Shown: positions 27,758 through 38,053 of the stretch, in pieces
Layout: the number at the start of each line of letters is the position of its first letter
Position numbering within the stretch: the stretch's first letter is position 1
From: a virus
Length of the DNA: 64,000 bases
Direction: 5' to 3' (one strand)
Virus record (IMG/VR): IMGVR_UViG_3300012003_000003
Span: 7,672 to 71,671 of that record
Made by a program: the position numbers and the translations under genes
The notes under the pieces: generated by a model
Told to the model about the DNA's origin: nothing
The model's database searches: none
Seen by the model: only the letters and a program-made list of their open reading frames with translations

Positions 27758-28128
27758 GGGGAATACTATTCATCCAAAAACCAAAGCCAACATATTCGCT
27801 GGCCAAACTGCAGGAAGTGCTTGAAAACAGGAAGTATCATAAGATTAAATTTATAAAGGATAACTGGAACACCATGAGAGCAGAAGATATTGCGGTAAAG
27901 CTTAATATTAGCCTACGTCATGTGTTTAAACTAACAAAGGGACAAATGCCACAGAAAAAACATATCGTTGTTAAGCCGAGGGAATATGAAACAACGTTGG
28001 TCATCGACCTTGAAACAGGTATTTATTATGGAACAATAGCCAGGGCGGCATCTGCGTATAATATGCCAGCATCCACATTGAGGGATTTAATGTCATTTAA
28101 CCGTACCAATAGATTTAAAAGAGCATGA
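27754..28128 (+). CDS. DNA-binding protein with NUMOD1-like C-terminus
   Basis: VIDLETGIYYGTIARAASAYNM. Confidence 0.6.
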   Translation: MRGILFIQKPKPTYSLAKLQEVLENRKYHKIKFIKDNWNTMRAEDIAVKLNISLRHVFKLTKGQMPQKKHIVVKPREYETTLVIDLETGIYYGTIARAASAYNMPASTLRDLMSFNRTNRFKRA

Positions 28129-28268
28129 GAAAAGATGATCAGTTATTACCGCACCAAGATGGTGTAAAAGCCGGGCGCCGGATCAGGCTTGCAGTTGTCA
28201 GGGCAAAAATAATGTGGCTGGCTCCGGTGGGCTGGTTTAAAAGTAAAACAATTTAAACGTTATATAAA

Positions 28269-28475
28269 ATGATGATTACCGGTGACCAACTTTTCATTCC
28301 TACCGAAACCAGATGCAAATGTGGTATGAGTTTTTTAGAGCAATATAGGAGTTTATTGACCTGTCCAAGTTGCGGATATTATCTAATTGCCAATCCCCCC
28401 CCCATATCAAAAAATGAAAATGAGGTATATTTGGATGAGCAGACTGGAAAATTTACTTTTAATAAACCAATATAA
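28269..28475 (+). CDS. Small Zn-ribbon protein
   Basis: CKCG...CPSCGY. Confidence 0.5.
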   Translation: MMITGDQLFIPTETRCKCGMSFLEQYRSLLTCPSCGYYLIANPPPISKNENEVYLDEQTGKFTFNKPI

Positions 28476-28600
28476 CCGTAATTAAATATGAGAAGCCATG
28501 GAAGCATTTATCATTTTTTTTGTATTAGCCGATGGGTTGGCTATTTACTGCAATTATTTAGCTAACAAAAGTCTTAACCAGTATTTTAAAAAGGATTGAA

Positions 28601-29353
28601 ATGAAAGTTTTAAGCGACGATACAGGGTTGGTCGGAAGAGAAATTAACCCTTATTTTGAATTCGGCGGAGTTGATGCTCAACAAAACCCATTTCTAAATG
28701 AAGAATATTTAGAATTTGAAAAAAACAATAAGCCATTCCATTTTACCGCACCCCAACAACCAAACACAGTTATAGAGTGTGAGTTGGTATGGCAGATTTT
28801 TAATGAAAGAAACAATTTGTGGCATATAAATTGGGATCCCGGATTTAAAACATTTAAAGAATTTTCGGCCTATTGGGCAAGCGGTAACTTTACTGCAAAA
28901 TCCCGCCAAGCCTTCGAACCAAAGGATACCCTAAAACAAGGCATTATTAATGAAGACACGGTTTGCCCAACGTGCAACAAAGAGAAAAATTTCAAGTTTT
29001 GCTCAAATGCTTTTCATATCATACCAGAATTAAAAGATGAAACAGTTGGAAGTGGCTTAAATTTATCACAACTTGAAAAAGATGTTGATATATTTATTTC
29101 CAATATAACCGATAAAGATTTTAATGAATTTTTAGATAAAAGAGAACATACCGTTGAGCAACTGGCCGAAATGTATGCAGACAGAAAACCCGCATTATTT
29201 ATAGACTTAAACGATGCCTTTAAATCGGGCTATTACAAAGGACACCAGGCAACTATTGATAAAGTATTGCGCATAATTGAAGATGCTCCAATACCAAACG
29301 ATTGGGGTCAACAAACAGATTTAATTAACCAAATCAAAGAACTTAAAGCGTAA
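28601..29353 (+). CDS. Hypothetical protein
   Basis: 250-aa ORF. Confidence 0.65.
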   Translation: MKVLSDDTGLVGREINPYFEFGGVDAQQNPFLNEEYLEFEKNNKPFHFTAPQQPNTVIECELVWQIFNERNNLWHINWDPGFKTFKEFSAYWASGNFTAKSRQAFEPKDTLKQGIINEDTVCPTCNKEKNFKFCSNAFHIIPELKDETVGSGLNLSQLEKDVDIFISNITDKDFNEFLDKREHTVEQLAEMYADRKPALFIDLNDAFKSGYYKGHQATIDKVLRIIEDAPIPNDWGQQTDLINQIKELKA

Positions 29354-29454
29354 AGATAAAATGCTAAATCACATTCAAAAACACTTCTGGTGGGCAGTAT
29401 GGGTAGCCCTAATAACCCTAATTTTAATTGTAAATTACTTTAAACACTAATAAC

Positions 29455-29814
29455 ATGAAAAAAATATTAACTCCTGAAATACTAGAAATATTAAACAAAC
29501 CGGAAAACACTTCAGTTGAAAATGCGTTTTTTGCCGGTGCTGAATATAACAAGGATCAATCTTTCCCCCCTATTTTAGCAGCATTATTCACACTATTTGC
29601 GACGTTTCTTGTTTTTGTACTTCTTAACTTATTCTTTAACGTTGAGTTTTCCGGGGATTATAAAGATGAAGCCACGCGCGATACATATTACAAAAGTGTC
29701 GCTATGAAAGACAGCGCTATGGCGCATGTAAACGATGCTAAAAATTATAACAGATACTTAGATAGTGCCAATAAATACTACGAAATTCAAAATTATATCA
29801 TTAACCATAAATAA
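29455..29814 (+). CDS. Hypothetical membrane protein
   Basis: One transmembrane helix. Confidence 0.6.
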   Translation: MKKILTPEILEILNKPENTSVENAFFAGAEYNKDQSFPPILAALFTLFATFLVFVLLNLFFNVEFSGDYKDEATRDTYYKSVAMKDSAMAHVNDAKNYNRYLDSANKYYEIQNYIINHK

Positions 29815-29816
29815 TC

Positions 29817-30212
29817 ATGCAACAAAAAACAATCGCAATCATCGTAGCTTTCATCCTGGGGATGGGACTACTAAGCGCAAATGCGCAAAACAAAAAAGTT
29901 TATCAGGCAGATGCCACCACAAAACTATCCGTCCAGGTTAACGTCACCTCCGGCCAACTGCAAACTTACCTGTTCGTTTTACAGAAGGGTGGCCCGCAAG
30001 CATTGTCCCAGAGTAAGGATATGTCAGCGTATGACGTTACTCAAACAATAGCCGTTTACCAAATAGTGACAGATAGCGTAAATTTGTCCGGTTTCCGCGC
30101 CTATAATCAATTTTATAAGGTTGGTGAGGCCAAGTGGGCGGCTGATACATTAAAAGCCTTTAAACAGGCCAAAATTGATCCCATTAAACCGGTTACACCA
30201 ATTAAACATTAA
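29817..30212 (+). CDS. Secreted/periplasmic hypothetical protein
   Basis: Sec signal ...GLLSANA-Q. Confidence 0.65.
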   Translation: MQQKTIAIIVAFILGMGLLSANAQNKKVYQADATTKLSVQVNVTSGQLQTYLFVLQKGGPQALSQSKDMSAYDVTQTIAVYQIVTDSVNLSGFRAYNQFYKVGEAKWAADTLKAFKQAKIDPIKPVTPIKH

Positions 30213-30217
30213 TACCT

Positions 30218-30436
30218 ATGCCGCCAAATCTTATCAAGGGAAACTGTTTTATCTTTTCTGTTTTATTTATAGTAAAACATCCATCGGCTCAGTTATTGAT
30301 GCGCTGGAATAAACAAAGTAAGACGGTTTCCTTTCAGGTGGCTTATGGTGGTAAGATATACAGATACCGGCGCAAAGATCGCCTTCAAAGTAAATACTGG
30401 TTTAACGGCCACGTAGTAACAAGTAAATTAACTTAG
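30218..30436 (+). CDS. Hypothetical protein
   Basis: 72-aa ORF. Confidence 0.5.
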   Translation: MPPNLIKGNCFIFSVLFIVKHPSAQLLMRWNKQSKTVSFQVAYGGKIYRYRRKDRLQSKYWFNGHVVTSKLT

Positions 30437-30472
30437 AACCTTAATGGTGTATAGGCAACCATACCAATCAAA

Positions 30473-30646
30473 ATGACAAAATTTGAAGCAATCAAATCAC
30501 ACGTATCAACCCTAGATGACGATGCAAAAAAGTTTTATGAAAACGGCAATAAAGCAGCCGGGACCAGGTTACGAAATGGACTGCAGAAATTAAAAACACT
30601 TGCACAGGAAGCACGTATCGACGTTACACAGGCTAAAAAAGCCTAA
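30473..30646 (+). CDS. Histone H1-like protein (Hc1 family)
   Basis: Manual translation MTKFEAIKSHVSTLDDDAKKFYENGNKAAGTRLRNGLQKLKTLAQEARIDVTQAKKA. Confidence 0.85.
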   Translation: MTKFEAIKSHVSTLDDDAKKFYENGNKAAGTRLRNGLQKLKTLAQEARIDVTQAKKA

Positions 30647-30706
30647 CTTTAACCAGGCAAAGAGCCTAACAGTTTATTTATCAACTTCTATTAAACAATT
30701 AAAATC

Positions 30707-31360
30707 ATGTTTTTTCTCACTAAAATTTTAGAAAGTATCCTGCCATTCCTTTTCTCAGCTTTAAAACGCTCATGGGACAATCTTAACGAAAACCAGCAAC
30801 AGGCTTTAGTTAACTCAGGCGTAATTGGCCAGTATATTAAAAACAATCTTACTGCATTAAGCGGGGACCTTGTGACAGCGATATCTACAAGTACGGGACT
30901 TCCATCGGATGTTATTGAACCCACCCTAATAACCATTGCAGGAGAACTGGGGTTAAAAACTACCAGCGTTGATGATGCTGTAAAACATATACAGTCATTG
31001 CTAACAGTCGCAAAGGGATCAACACTTTGGAATGGCATCCTGCAAACAGCATTAAGCGTAGGTGCCACCGCGTTATCTGGAGGTACTTTAAATTGGGTAC
31101 ATATTGGATTAGGGTTGGGTGAATATGTTTATCAAACGTTTATTGCGCCAAAAGAACTACCGGCTATTGCAGCCATTGTAACCCCTATTGTTAACCAGAT
31201 AACATCTTCTATAGATAAAGCAGCACCAGCCTTGCAAGCAAGCAATGTTCCGGGCGGTGTGTTATCACAATCGGCAAATCAATACGTGGCTCCTATGCAA
31301 GATAATGCGATTTCGGTAGGTGATACAACAACTATTACCGATACAACACCGGGCAGCTGA
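30707..31360 (+). CDS. Hypothetical membrane-associated protein
   Basis: 217 aa with hydrophobic segments. Confidence 0.65.
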   Translation: MFFLTKILESILPFLFSALKRSWDNLNENQQQALVNSGVIGQYIKNNLTALSGDLVTAISTSTGLPSDVIEPTLITIAGELGLKTTSVDDAVKHIQSLLTVAKGSTLWNGILQTALSVGATALSGGTLNWVHIGLGLGEYVYQTFIAPKELPAIAAIVTPIVNQITSSIDKAAPALQASNVPGGVLSQSANQYVAPMQDNAISVGDTTTITDTTPGS

Positions 31361-31431
31361 CTGCCACGGTGGGTTAAAACCCTACCTGCCCGTTTATGGG
31401 CGGCTTGGGAAAGGGTAAATTCTGCGTAATT

Positions 31432-31464
31432 AAAAAGCCCCGGTGATCAAGTCGGGGCTTTTTT
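31432..31464. terminator. Bidirectional intrinsic terminator
   Basis: AAAAAGCCCCGG-TGATCAAG-TCGGGGCTTTTTT at the convergence of the two genome arms. Confidence 0.85.
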
Positions 31465-31610
31465 GTGATTAAAATACCGTGGTAAGGTGCTGCACAGGTT
31501 CTTATGTTGTACTGCCAGCCTCGCTCTCTTTAGCTACGCTCTGAATTTAAATTTATTCATTGTGACGGTTGCAATTGCTTATATAAGTATATATGCTTTC
31601 AGGTTACACC

Positions 31611-31907
31611 TTACTTTATAGCATCTACCTTAACATCCAAACTATCAGTACTGATCACCTTTTCGGTAACAGTACCGTCAGCGGTTGTTGTGGTTACTTC
31701 GGTTGGGGTTCCAGGACTTAGAAAGTTCTTAACCAGATATGCAATAAACCCGGCTATCGCGGCCATACTTATTGACTTCCAATTAAAGGTAAGCGATCCG
31801 TTATGTGCTGTTTGTTGAATAAGGAATACTACCGGAGTTAAAATAGCCATAACAGCGCCTTTGATGGCATCGTTCCAGTTTAGTGAGAATAAGGGTGATT
31901 GTTTCAT
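31611..31907 (-). CDS. Putative holin
   Basis: Two transmembrane helices, coupled to the endolysin. Confidence 0.7.
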   Translation of the reverse strand: MKQSPLFSLNWNDAIKGAVMAILTPVVFLIQQTAHNGSLTFNWKSISMAAIAGFIAYLVKNFLSPGTPTEVTTTTADGTVTEKVISTDSLDVKVDAIK

Positions 31908-32575
31908 GATAAAATGTTTGCTAGTTGATTTAATTGTTCTTGGGTGCCGGTGAAAAAGTCACCATCCAGATCAGTGTTTTGATACCGGTAAGTATTTTGC
32001 CAAAATTCTGGTTGTTTACCAGTATCATATCTTACCGGGCAGCTAGCCTGTAGTGATGATAACCATAAATAATTATCAGGGAAACCGTGGCCATGGAAAT
32101 ACTCTTTTGGAAAGTTATTGTAAGTATATATCACACACTTTTTACCTGTTTGTGCCTGAATATAATTAATACAGTCAGTTAGTCGTTGCACCACCATCTG
32201 CCAATTGGCTGCAACCCATTGATTAGCCTGATCAGTCAAAGCCTTATTTATTTTTCCATCCTGAAATACAACCAAATCTTCAACATCAATAGTCGGAGGT
32301 AATACACCAGGCAACGAAAAGTCAAAACCTTGTGAAAGATAAAACCTAGCCTGAGCCACACCATCAAACCTGCCATCAAAAAATAAATAAGCTCCAACAC
32401 TAAAATTAGGCCCCCTAAGCGGCTTTGCAGCCTGCCAGTACTTTTGGAACATTGAATCCAGTAATGTTAACCCCTGCGTTGCTTTTATCCATACAAAACC
32501 AAGTCCCTGACCCGGTAATGAAGCTACATTAATAGATGGACTATTATTATGGCTGATGTCGATTCCTTTTATCAT
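31904..32575 (-). CDS. GH25 endolysin (muramidase)
   Basis: KGIDISHNN, FVWIKATQG, GAYLF, PPTIDVE, FWQ. Confidence 0.9.
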   Translation of the reverse strand: MIKGIDISHNNSPSINVASLPGQGLGFVWIKATQGLTLLDSMFQKYWQAAKPLRGPNFSVGAYLFFDGRFDGVAQARFYLSQGFDFSLPGVLPPTIDVEDLVVFQDGKINKALTDQANQWVAANWQMVVQRLTDCINYIQAQTGKKCVIYTYNNFPKEYFHGHGFPDNYLWLSSLQASCPVRYDTGKQPEFWQNTYRYQNTDLDGDFFTGTQEQLNQLANILS

Positions 32576-32592
32576 GGTTTTATTGTTTATAA

Positions 32593-33084
32593 TTATGGTT
32601 TTTGTTTAAAAGTAGGATCATCACCAGGTTTATTCCTATGCTCAATTACCCATGAACCCCCATACTGCAGTTTATCGAATTTATTATTTATAGCCCTTAA
32701 CGAAAAATCGTGAGTATCTAAACGGCGGTTAATATTAATAAAGTCGTTTTTGTCTATCACCTGGTTGATTAATTGCCTGTGGCTGATATTATTTATGCTA
32801 TCTGATTGAACTTTAAGTATAATATCAATATGCTTTCGTAGTTCGATCACATCATTATGGTTATTAGCCCCGTCTGTATTGGTTTTGAATACAAACATGG
32901 CCAGATACCAAATAATAGCACCGATGCTAAGTAAGCCGCCAAAAATTGACATTACAAATAGTACATTATCTTTAAATTTTTTGAAATCACTATCCCTGAA
33001 ACTGTCAAAAGCGTCCCGTACCTCTTTAATGTGTGTAGTATTTTCCTGTGTTTTTGAAACTATTTCGTCATGTCCCATTTTCAA
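32593..33084 (-). CDS. Membrane protein of the lysis cassette
   Basis: One transmembrane helix plus coiled coil, upstream of the lysin. Confidence 0.6.
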   Translation of the reverse strand: MKMGHDEIVSKTQENTTHIKEVRDAFDSFRDSDFKKFKDNVLFVMSIFGGLLSIGAIIWYLAMFVFKTNTDGANNHNDVIELRKHIDIILKVQSDSINNISHRQLINQVIDKNDFININRRLDTHDFSLRAINNKFDKLQYGGSWVIEHRNKPGDDPTFKQKP

Positions 33085-33236
33085 TAATGTGTTATAATTT
33101 TTTCTTCCCTTAGTTTACTCTTTTGCTCATCTTCACTTTCCCTTAAATATTTTAAGTACTGCTCATATTGGGCAAGTTCCGTTTTAAGTTCCCTGATTTT
33201 GTTGTCAAGGTCCGTAATTAGGTCTTGCTTGTCCAT
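33081..33236 (-). CDS. Small coiled-coil protein
   Basis: MDKQDLITDLDNKIRELKTELAQYEQYL..., manual translation. Confidence 0.45.
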   Translation of the reverse strand: MDKQDLITDLDNKIRELKTELAQYEQYLKYLRESEDEQKSKLREEKIITHY

Positions 33237-33324
33237 GCTATTTAGCTATATATAAAGGCTAAAACCATAGCCAAAATAAAGTAAATGGCTATGACGATTG
33301 GAAATAAAAAGATTAGTTTTTTCA

Positions 33325-36300
33325 TTATGGTGTTATGTTGTAGTCAAAATTAATAGTACCTGTCAAAGCCGATATAAAAGTAACCGTAAACGTGGTTGTT
33401 GTTTTCGCGCTTATGTAATAATTAACCGCTGTTAAAACGTCTTGTGGAGATATATCTACGAAGTAATTAGTATTAGCTAGCGTACTACCTATCGTCACTG
33501 TTACCGCCGTTGTTGCTGCCCCTGTAGTCGTTGAATTACCGTGTATGGTGGTGGCCAATAACCCTCCATTAGCAGGAAGATACGTTGCAACGCTGCTTGT
33601 TAATGTCGGAGGGTTTATATGATCTAAAAACCCTGAATTTGAAAATACTATAGTATTACCGAAATACGCATTTTGAGAATTATCCAGCGTAAGCGCGGAT
33701 GTTGAATTGGTGCTAAATTGAAGTCCCGATGTTGTAGAACCTGTTATAGCAGGATTAGCACCACCGTATACACCGTTAAAACTGATTGCGTTACCATTAG
33801 CAACAATTAAGTTGCCGAAATAGGCATTGTAACCACTGTGTAAATCGCCAGTTAATGTCCCGCCTGTTAAAGCTAAATAATTAGCCCCATTTGCAGGTGT
33901 ATACCCATATAGGGCATTTATTCTGGCAGTCGTTTCATCACCTGTGTTTGTTCCTGATAAGTTTGAGGCTGATAGAGTTCCTGTAAAAGTTCCAGTTCCA
34001 TTAAAATAACTATTACCATTAACGGCAAATAGGTTACCAGATGTTGGGTCGGCTGTGTAACCGATACCAACAAAACCACTGCTGCTTATACGCATACGTT
34101 CCCCGCTAGTGCTACCTGCGGGATAAAATAATATCCCATTAGCTCCACCTGAAATAGCTGGAATACCTGCTCCATACACACCCCCCCATGTGAGGTTATA
34201 GCCAGTTGTAAGATTAATACTACCATTAACGTCTAAGGCCACTACTGGACTTACTCCTATACCAAGATTACCGCTTAATGTGCCTCCTGTTAATGGTAAA
34301 TAAGCAGTTGAAGTGAAAGCATTAGAGCCTAAACCTAAGAATGATTGTATTTGGGTATTACTAGCATAATGCCAATTACCATCAGTTGCCGAAAAGGTCA
34401 TTAAAAATTCAGGCACGTTTGAACCTAACGCACCCGCATAAAGGTTACTACTCCATGCCGTAGAATTATCAGCTAACCCATGTAAACCTAAATACCTTGT
34501 ATCAAACCCTGTATAAGAACCCGTTAAATATCCCGCATCATTTGTGAATGTGCTAACATTAGTTGGCGCACCCGTCAACTTTGAATAAGCTAATGAGGTA
34601 AGCCATGTAGGATCGGAATAACTGCCAGTAGTATAAACCCCGTTACTTACCGTTGCTGCATTCCCGCTGATATTAATACCCGCTATACCCGCACTTATGT
34701 TAGCTGCTGTCAAAGCTGTCAAGCCACTACCAACACCTGTAGGGGTTAAATAATCAGTCCCCGCTGTCAAAGGTGTCTGCAAAGCAATATTTCCAGACCC
34801 CAACAACGAAGCGGAATTAATCGTTTTGATATTTGTACCACTAACCAACAGGGGTTGATAAGTTGAATTATCATAAGTTAATGTTGTGCCTGTAACTTTA
34901 ACAAATCCAGTTCCATTTATAGGATTAATATCTGCTGTACCATTAAACGCAACTCCTTGAATATTACGAGAGGTGGTTAAAGAAGAAGCACTCCCTGTAG
35001 TATTTTGATTTAGAGTTGGAACATCAGTAGGTACTAAAGATCTAAAAGATGGAGCTCCTGTTATTGTGGCTGGGGATGCAAACACCTGCCCTGCTACTTG
35101 ATTATTTAGTGTAAATCCTATACTAGCATTTGGAGCACTTGAAATACCAGTTGAGAAAAATCCTGCGATACCAGTACCGCTAAAACTTTGTACTACTGTT
35201 TTGTAGGTTTGATCTCCAAACAATGCTGTTGTAGATGATGCAGTTCCTGTACCTAATTTAGCTGTTGGAACAGTATTATTATAAGAAGTAGTATTTCCAA
35301 CACTTGTTATATCTCCTGTAAGATTAGCATTAGTAGTAACAGTTGCAGCATTACCCCCTATTGATAGAGAAGCTGCTGTTCCAGTTAATCCCGTTCCTGC
35401 ACCAGAAAATGCTGTTGCGGTTACATTAGCAAATGTAGGTGAATTTGTTGTACTCAAACGCTGATTTTCTAAGGGTTGATAGGTTGTTGACAACCCCAAA
35501 AAAGTACCTAAAGTAGCCGCTGTTAATTTACGCTGATAAGCAATCCCCGCTGATAAATCATAACCATAAATACCGCTAGGTGTTGTACTATAAGGGATAA
35601 ATCCATTATCTGAAATTGGATTGGTAGCATTAGATACATCAATTCCATAACCGCCCATTGATAAATAACCAGCATTTACCCTGGCACCTACAGTTATTGA
35701 GCCAGTTAGATTAAGATTAGTAGGTACTTGTACAGTACCGCCTCCATTTGCGCCTATAGTAACGTCACCAACACCATTATTTATGCCGGGTGCCGCAATC
35801 TGATTGGGGGTGGTTAGAGTACCTGAAAATACTGAATTAACACCTGTTATGGTAAGAGATGCCGAAGCCCCTGCATTTGCAGAAATCATTAATTTTGATT
35901 GTGTGTATATTACACCGTCACCAGAACTTGACCCATTTATCCAATTATCTGTACTTGTTGATTGACCAAAAGCAGTTTTATCTACTCCCGAAGTTTGTAA
36001 AGTAAGAGCATTTGTAAATACTGAATTAATATGTATTGGATATGTCGTTGTAATATAATTAGTCCAAGTATTTGCATTATTTAAGTTTAAACCAATTGTC
36101 TGTGCCGCTGCCCCATAATAACTACCCGAAAAAGTTAATGTAGAATTTGTAGCTGTTAAACTGGCAAGATTATTACCTAAAGCAATCCCACTTATAGTTG
36201 AGTTATTTAGTGCTGAATTAGGAATAGCACTCAATCCACTACCAATTCCTGTTATAATTCCACCAAAATTTGCATCACCATTTCCAAACAAAGTTGTTTT

Positions 36301-37023
36301 AAGAACGCTTGACGTATTATATATTGTTAAGGCACTTGCATCAGCCTTAATTGTTACACCGTTGCCTGTACCTGCCGCTGTGTTGTAAAAACTTCCGGCA
36401 TAATTACCGCTATAGCTACCCCCTATATTTAAACTACCGCCATAATAGCCGTTAACTCCGATATTAAGGTCAGTATTTTCATTGCTGCCGTCAAGTTTTA
36501 GGTAGGTGGATGCGGCGGTAGTTACTGCAAGTTTGCTATCTATCTGTGTTTGGGTAGATGTGCCTGTATTTGCATTGAAATAGGTCGCTGTTATACCATC
36601 TGTAATACCGTATCCTGATAGGGTAGTTGGTGTACCTGTAATCTTACTCCAGACTAAACCGGTAAGCCATGCAGGATTAGAATAGCTTCCTAAAAGCGAT
36701 ACACCATTTAAATTACTCAGTGACGTACTTGCATTAGATACATCTGAAAGGTTATTGGCCCTTAATAAGGCAGCTCCCAATGGGATTGAATTATGGGTAA
36801 AATAATAGGGTGTAATGTAGTAGGCGCTGTCAGCCCTATTTAAAGGCCACACCCATCCATAGGTAGCGCCACGGTAAACAGGAAACCGATGTGTAGACGG
36901 TTCATAATATACCGTATTTGTTGTTACCGGACCTACAGGGCTAACGGGGGTCTGCGCCAATGTGGCCTCGCAACCACCAGCCAAGCAACTTAAAAATAAA
37001 ATAATGTTTTTTATCTGTTTCAT
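33325..37023 (-). CDS. Tail fibre/spike protein
   Basis: G/T/S/N-rich mosaic with YLPLTGGTLSG, ANNLSDVSN, PTTLSGYGITD and ERMRISSSG fibre motifs. Confidence 0.85.
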   Translation of the reverse strand: MKQIKNIILFLSCLAGGCEATLAQTPVSPVGPVTTNTVYYEPSTHRFPVYRGATYGWVWPLNRADSAYYITPYYFTHNSIPLGAALLRANNLSDVSNASTSLSNLNGVSLLGSYSNPAWLTGLVWSKITGTPTTLSGYGITDGITATYFNANTGTSTQTQIDSKLAVTTAASTYLKLDGSNENTDLNIGVNGYYGGSLNIGGSYSGNYAGSFYNTAAGTGNGVTIKADASALTIYNTSSVLKTTLFGNGDANFGGIITGIGSGLSAIPNSALNNSTISGIALGNNLASLTATNSTLTFSGSYYGAAAQTIGLNLNNANTWTNYITTTYPIHINSVFTNALTLQTSGVDKTAFGQSTSTDNWINGSSSGDGVIYTQSKLMISANAGASASLTITGVNSVFSGTLTTPNQIAAPGINNGVGDVTIGANGGGTVQVPTNLNLTGSITVGARVNAGYLSMGGYGIDVSNATNPISDNGFIPYSTTPSGIYGYDLSAGIAYQRKLTAATLGTFLGLSTTYQPLENQRLSTTNSPTFANVTATAFSGAGTGLTGTAASLSIGGNAATVTTNANLTGDITSVGNTTSYNNTVPTAKLGTGTASSTTALFGDQTYKTVVQSFSGTGIAGFFSTGISSAPNASIGFTLNNQVAGQVFASPATITGAPSFRSLVPTDVPTLNQNTTGSASSLTTSRNIQGVAFNGTADINPINGTGFVKVTGTTLTYDNSTYQPLLVSGTNIKTINSASLLGSGNIALQTPLTAGTDYLTPTGVGSGLTALTAANISAGIAGINISGNAATVSNGVYTTGSYSDPTWLTSLAYSKLTGAPTNVSTFTNDAGYLTGSYTGFDTRYLGLHGLADNSTAWSSNLYAGALGSNVPEFLMTFSATDGNWHYASNTQIQSFLGLGSNAFTSTAYLPLTGGTLSGNLGIGVSPVVALDVNGSINLTTGYNLTWGGVYGAGIPAISGGANGILFYPAGSTSGERMRISSSGFVGIGYTADPTSGNLFAVNGNSYFNGTGTFTGTLSASNLSGTNTGDETTARINALYGYTPANGANYLALTGGTLTGDLHSGYNAYFGNLIVANGNAISFNGVYGGANPAITGSTTSGLQFSTNSTSALTLDNSQNAYFGNTIVFSNSGFLDHINPPTLTSSVATYLPANGGLLATTIHGNSTTTGAATTAVTVTIGSTLANTNYFVDISPQDVLTAVNYYISAKTTTTFTVTFISALTGTINFDYNITP

Positions 37024-37601
37024 GAGTTTTGTACTCCGCTAAGTAAAATAAATCCGGTTGTTGGTATTGCATAAGTCCACGTTATTGATACGATACCACT
37101 TGACGGTACACCCGATGTAACATACACATAATCTGGCGACGTAGTATAATCCGGCGTAAACCCACCCATCCCGTCAGAAACATATATTTGACATACCAAT
37201 GGCGTTTTACCGTAAGTTGGCGCGTATACTGTATTATAATTAGATAATATTACGGTGGTTGCATTAACAAATGTTATAATAGTGGTATTTACCATACTCC
37301 CAGATACCGTAATGTTGATTTGCCCTATAGCGCCACCCTGTGCGAAAGGGTTTATAGCGCCGATACCCAAAGTACCAACCAACTGCAAAAGCTTGTCATA
37401 CGCCTTTATAAACGGTACTGACACATAATCTGCAAGGTTATATTGGCGCTGAACACAATTGATAGCCCGTTGCATGTAGTTGATATATCCCCATTGTACG
37501 CTAAGCGCCCCGCCGGTGAGTGAAGTATAGTTAACCAATACTAAATTAGCCACCTTTAACGAGGCAGCTAATAACGTGTTTTGAACCTGTGCCTGTGTCA
37601 T
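37020..37601 (-). CDS. Virion/tail structural protein
   Basis: Position in the tail module and composition. Confidence 0.6.
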   Translation of the reverse strand: MTQAQVQNTLLAASLKVANLVLVNYTSLTGGALSVQWGYINYMQRAINCVQRQYNLADYVSVPFIKAYDKLLQLVGTLGIGAINPFAQGGAIGQINITVSGSMVNTTIITFVNATTVILSNYNTVYAPTYGKTPLVCQIYVSDGMGGFTPDYTTSPDYVYVTSGVPSSGIVSITWTYAIPTTGFILLSGVQNS

Positions 37602-38050
37602 TACTGTTCAAGGTTGATATATATATTAGCGGCAATTATACAGTTGTTGGCGGCCACAAAATTACTTGCCAGGTTAAACCTTATAGCGGCATTATAAAAA
37701 TTCTCCGCTTTCTCCATGTTGCAATTGCTGATAGGCAATATAGAACCGCCGGTAAAGGCATTTAAATAAGCGGAAGTGTAAAAACCCGCAGCAATGAAAT
37801 CAACCGTGGATGTGAAGGTGCCCGTGTTATCAACCACAACGCATATAAATTGGTAAAACCCGTCTGCAGTGATATTGTAGGTGTACGTTGTTGCCGTTCC
37901 AAGAGATACTGTCTGCAATACAACTCCGTTACAATCGTATATGGTAAGATTACGGGAAACCATTGTCCCATAAGACCCGGTATCGGTCCACAGCAATTGT
38001 GACCCGATAAGGTTTGCTTGTACTACGACGGCTGATGCGGTGCTTGGCAT
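37601..38050 (-). CDS. Virion/tail structural protein
   Basis: Beta-rich N-terminus, helical C-terminus; tail module. Confidence 0.6.
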   Translation of the reverse strand: MPSTASAVVVQANLIGSQLLWTDTGSYGTMVSRNLTIYDCNGVVLQTVSLGTATTYTYNITADGFYQFICVVVDNTGTFTSTVDFIAAGFYTSAYLNAFTGGSILPISNCNMEKAENFYNAAIRFNLASNFVAANNCIIAANIYINLEQ

Positions 38051-38053
38051 GGC

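Noticed and set aside
31361-31610. Small hairpins around the convergence terminator as another ncRNA
   Set aside because: Only short local stems, with no convincing global fold
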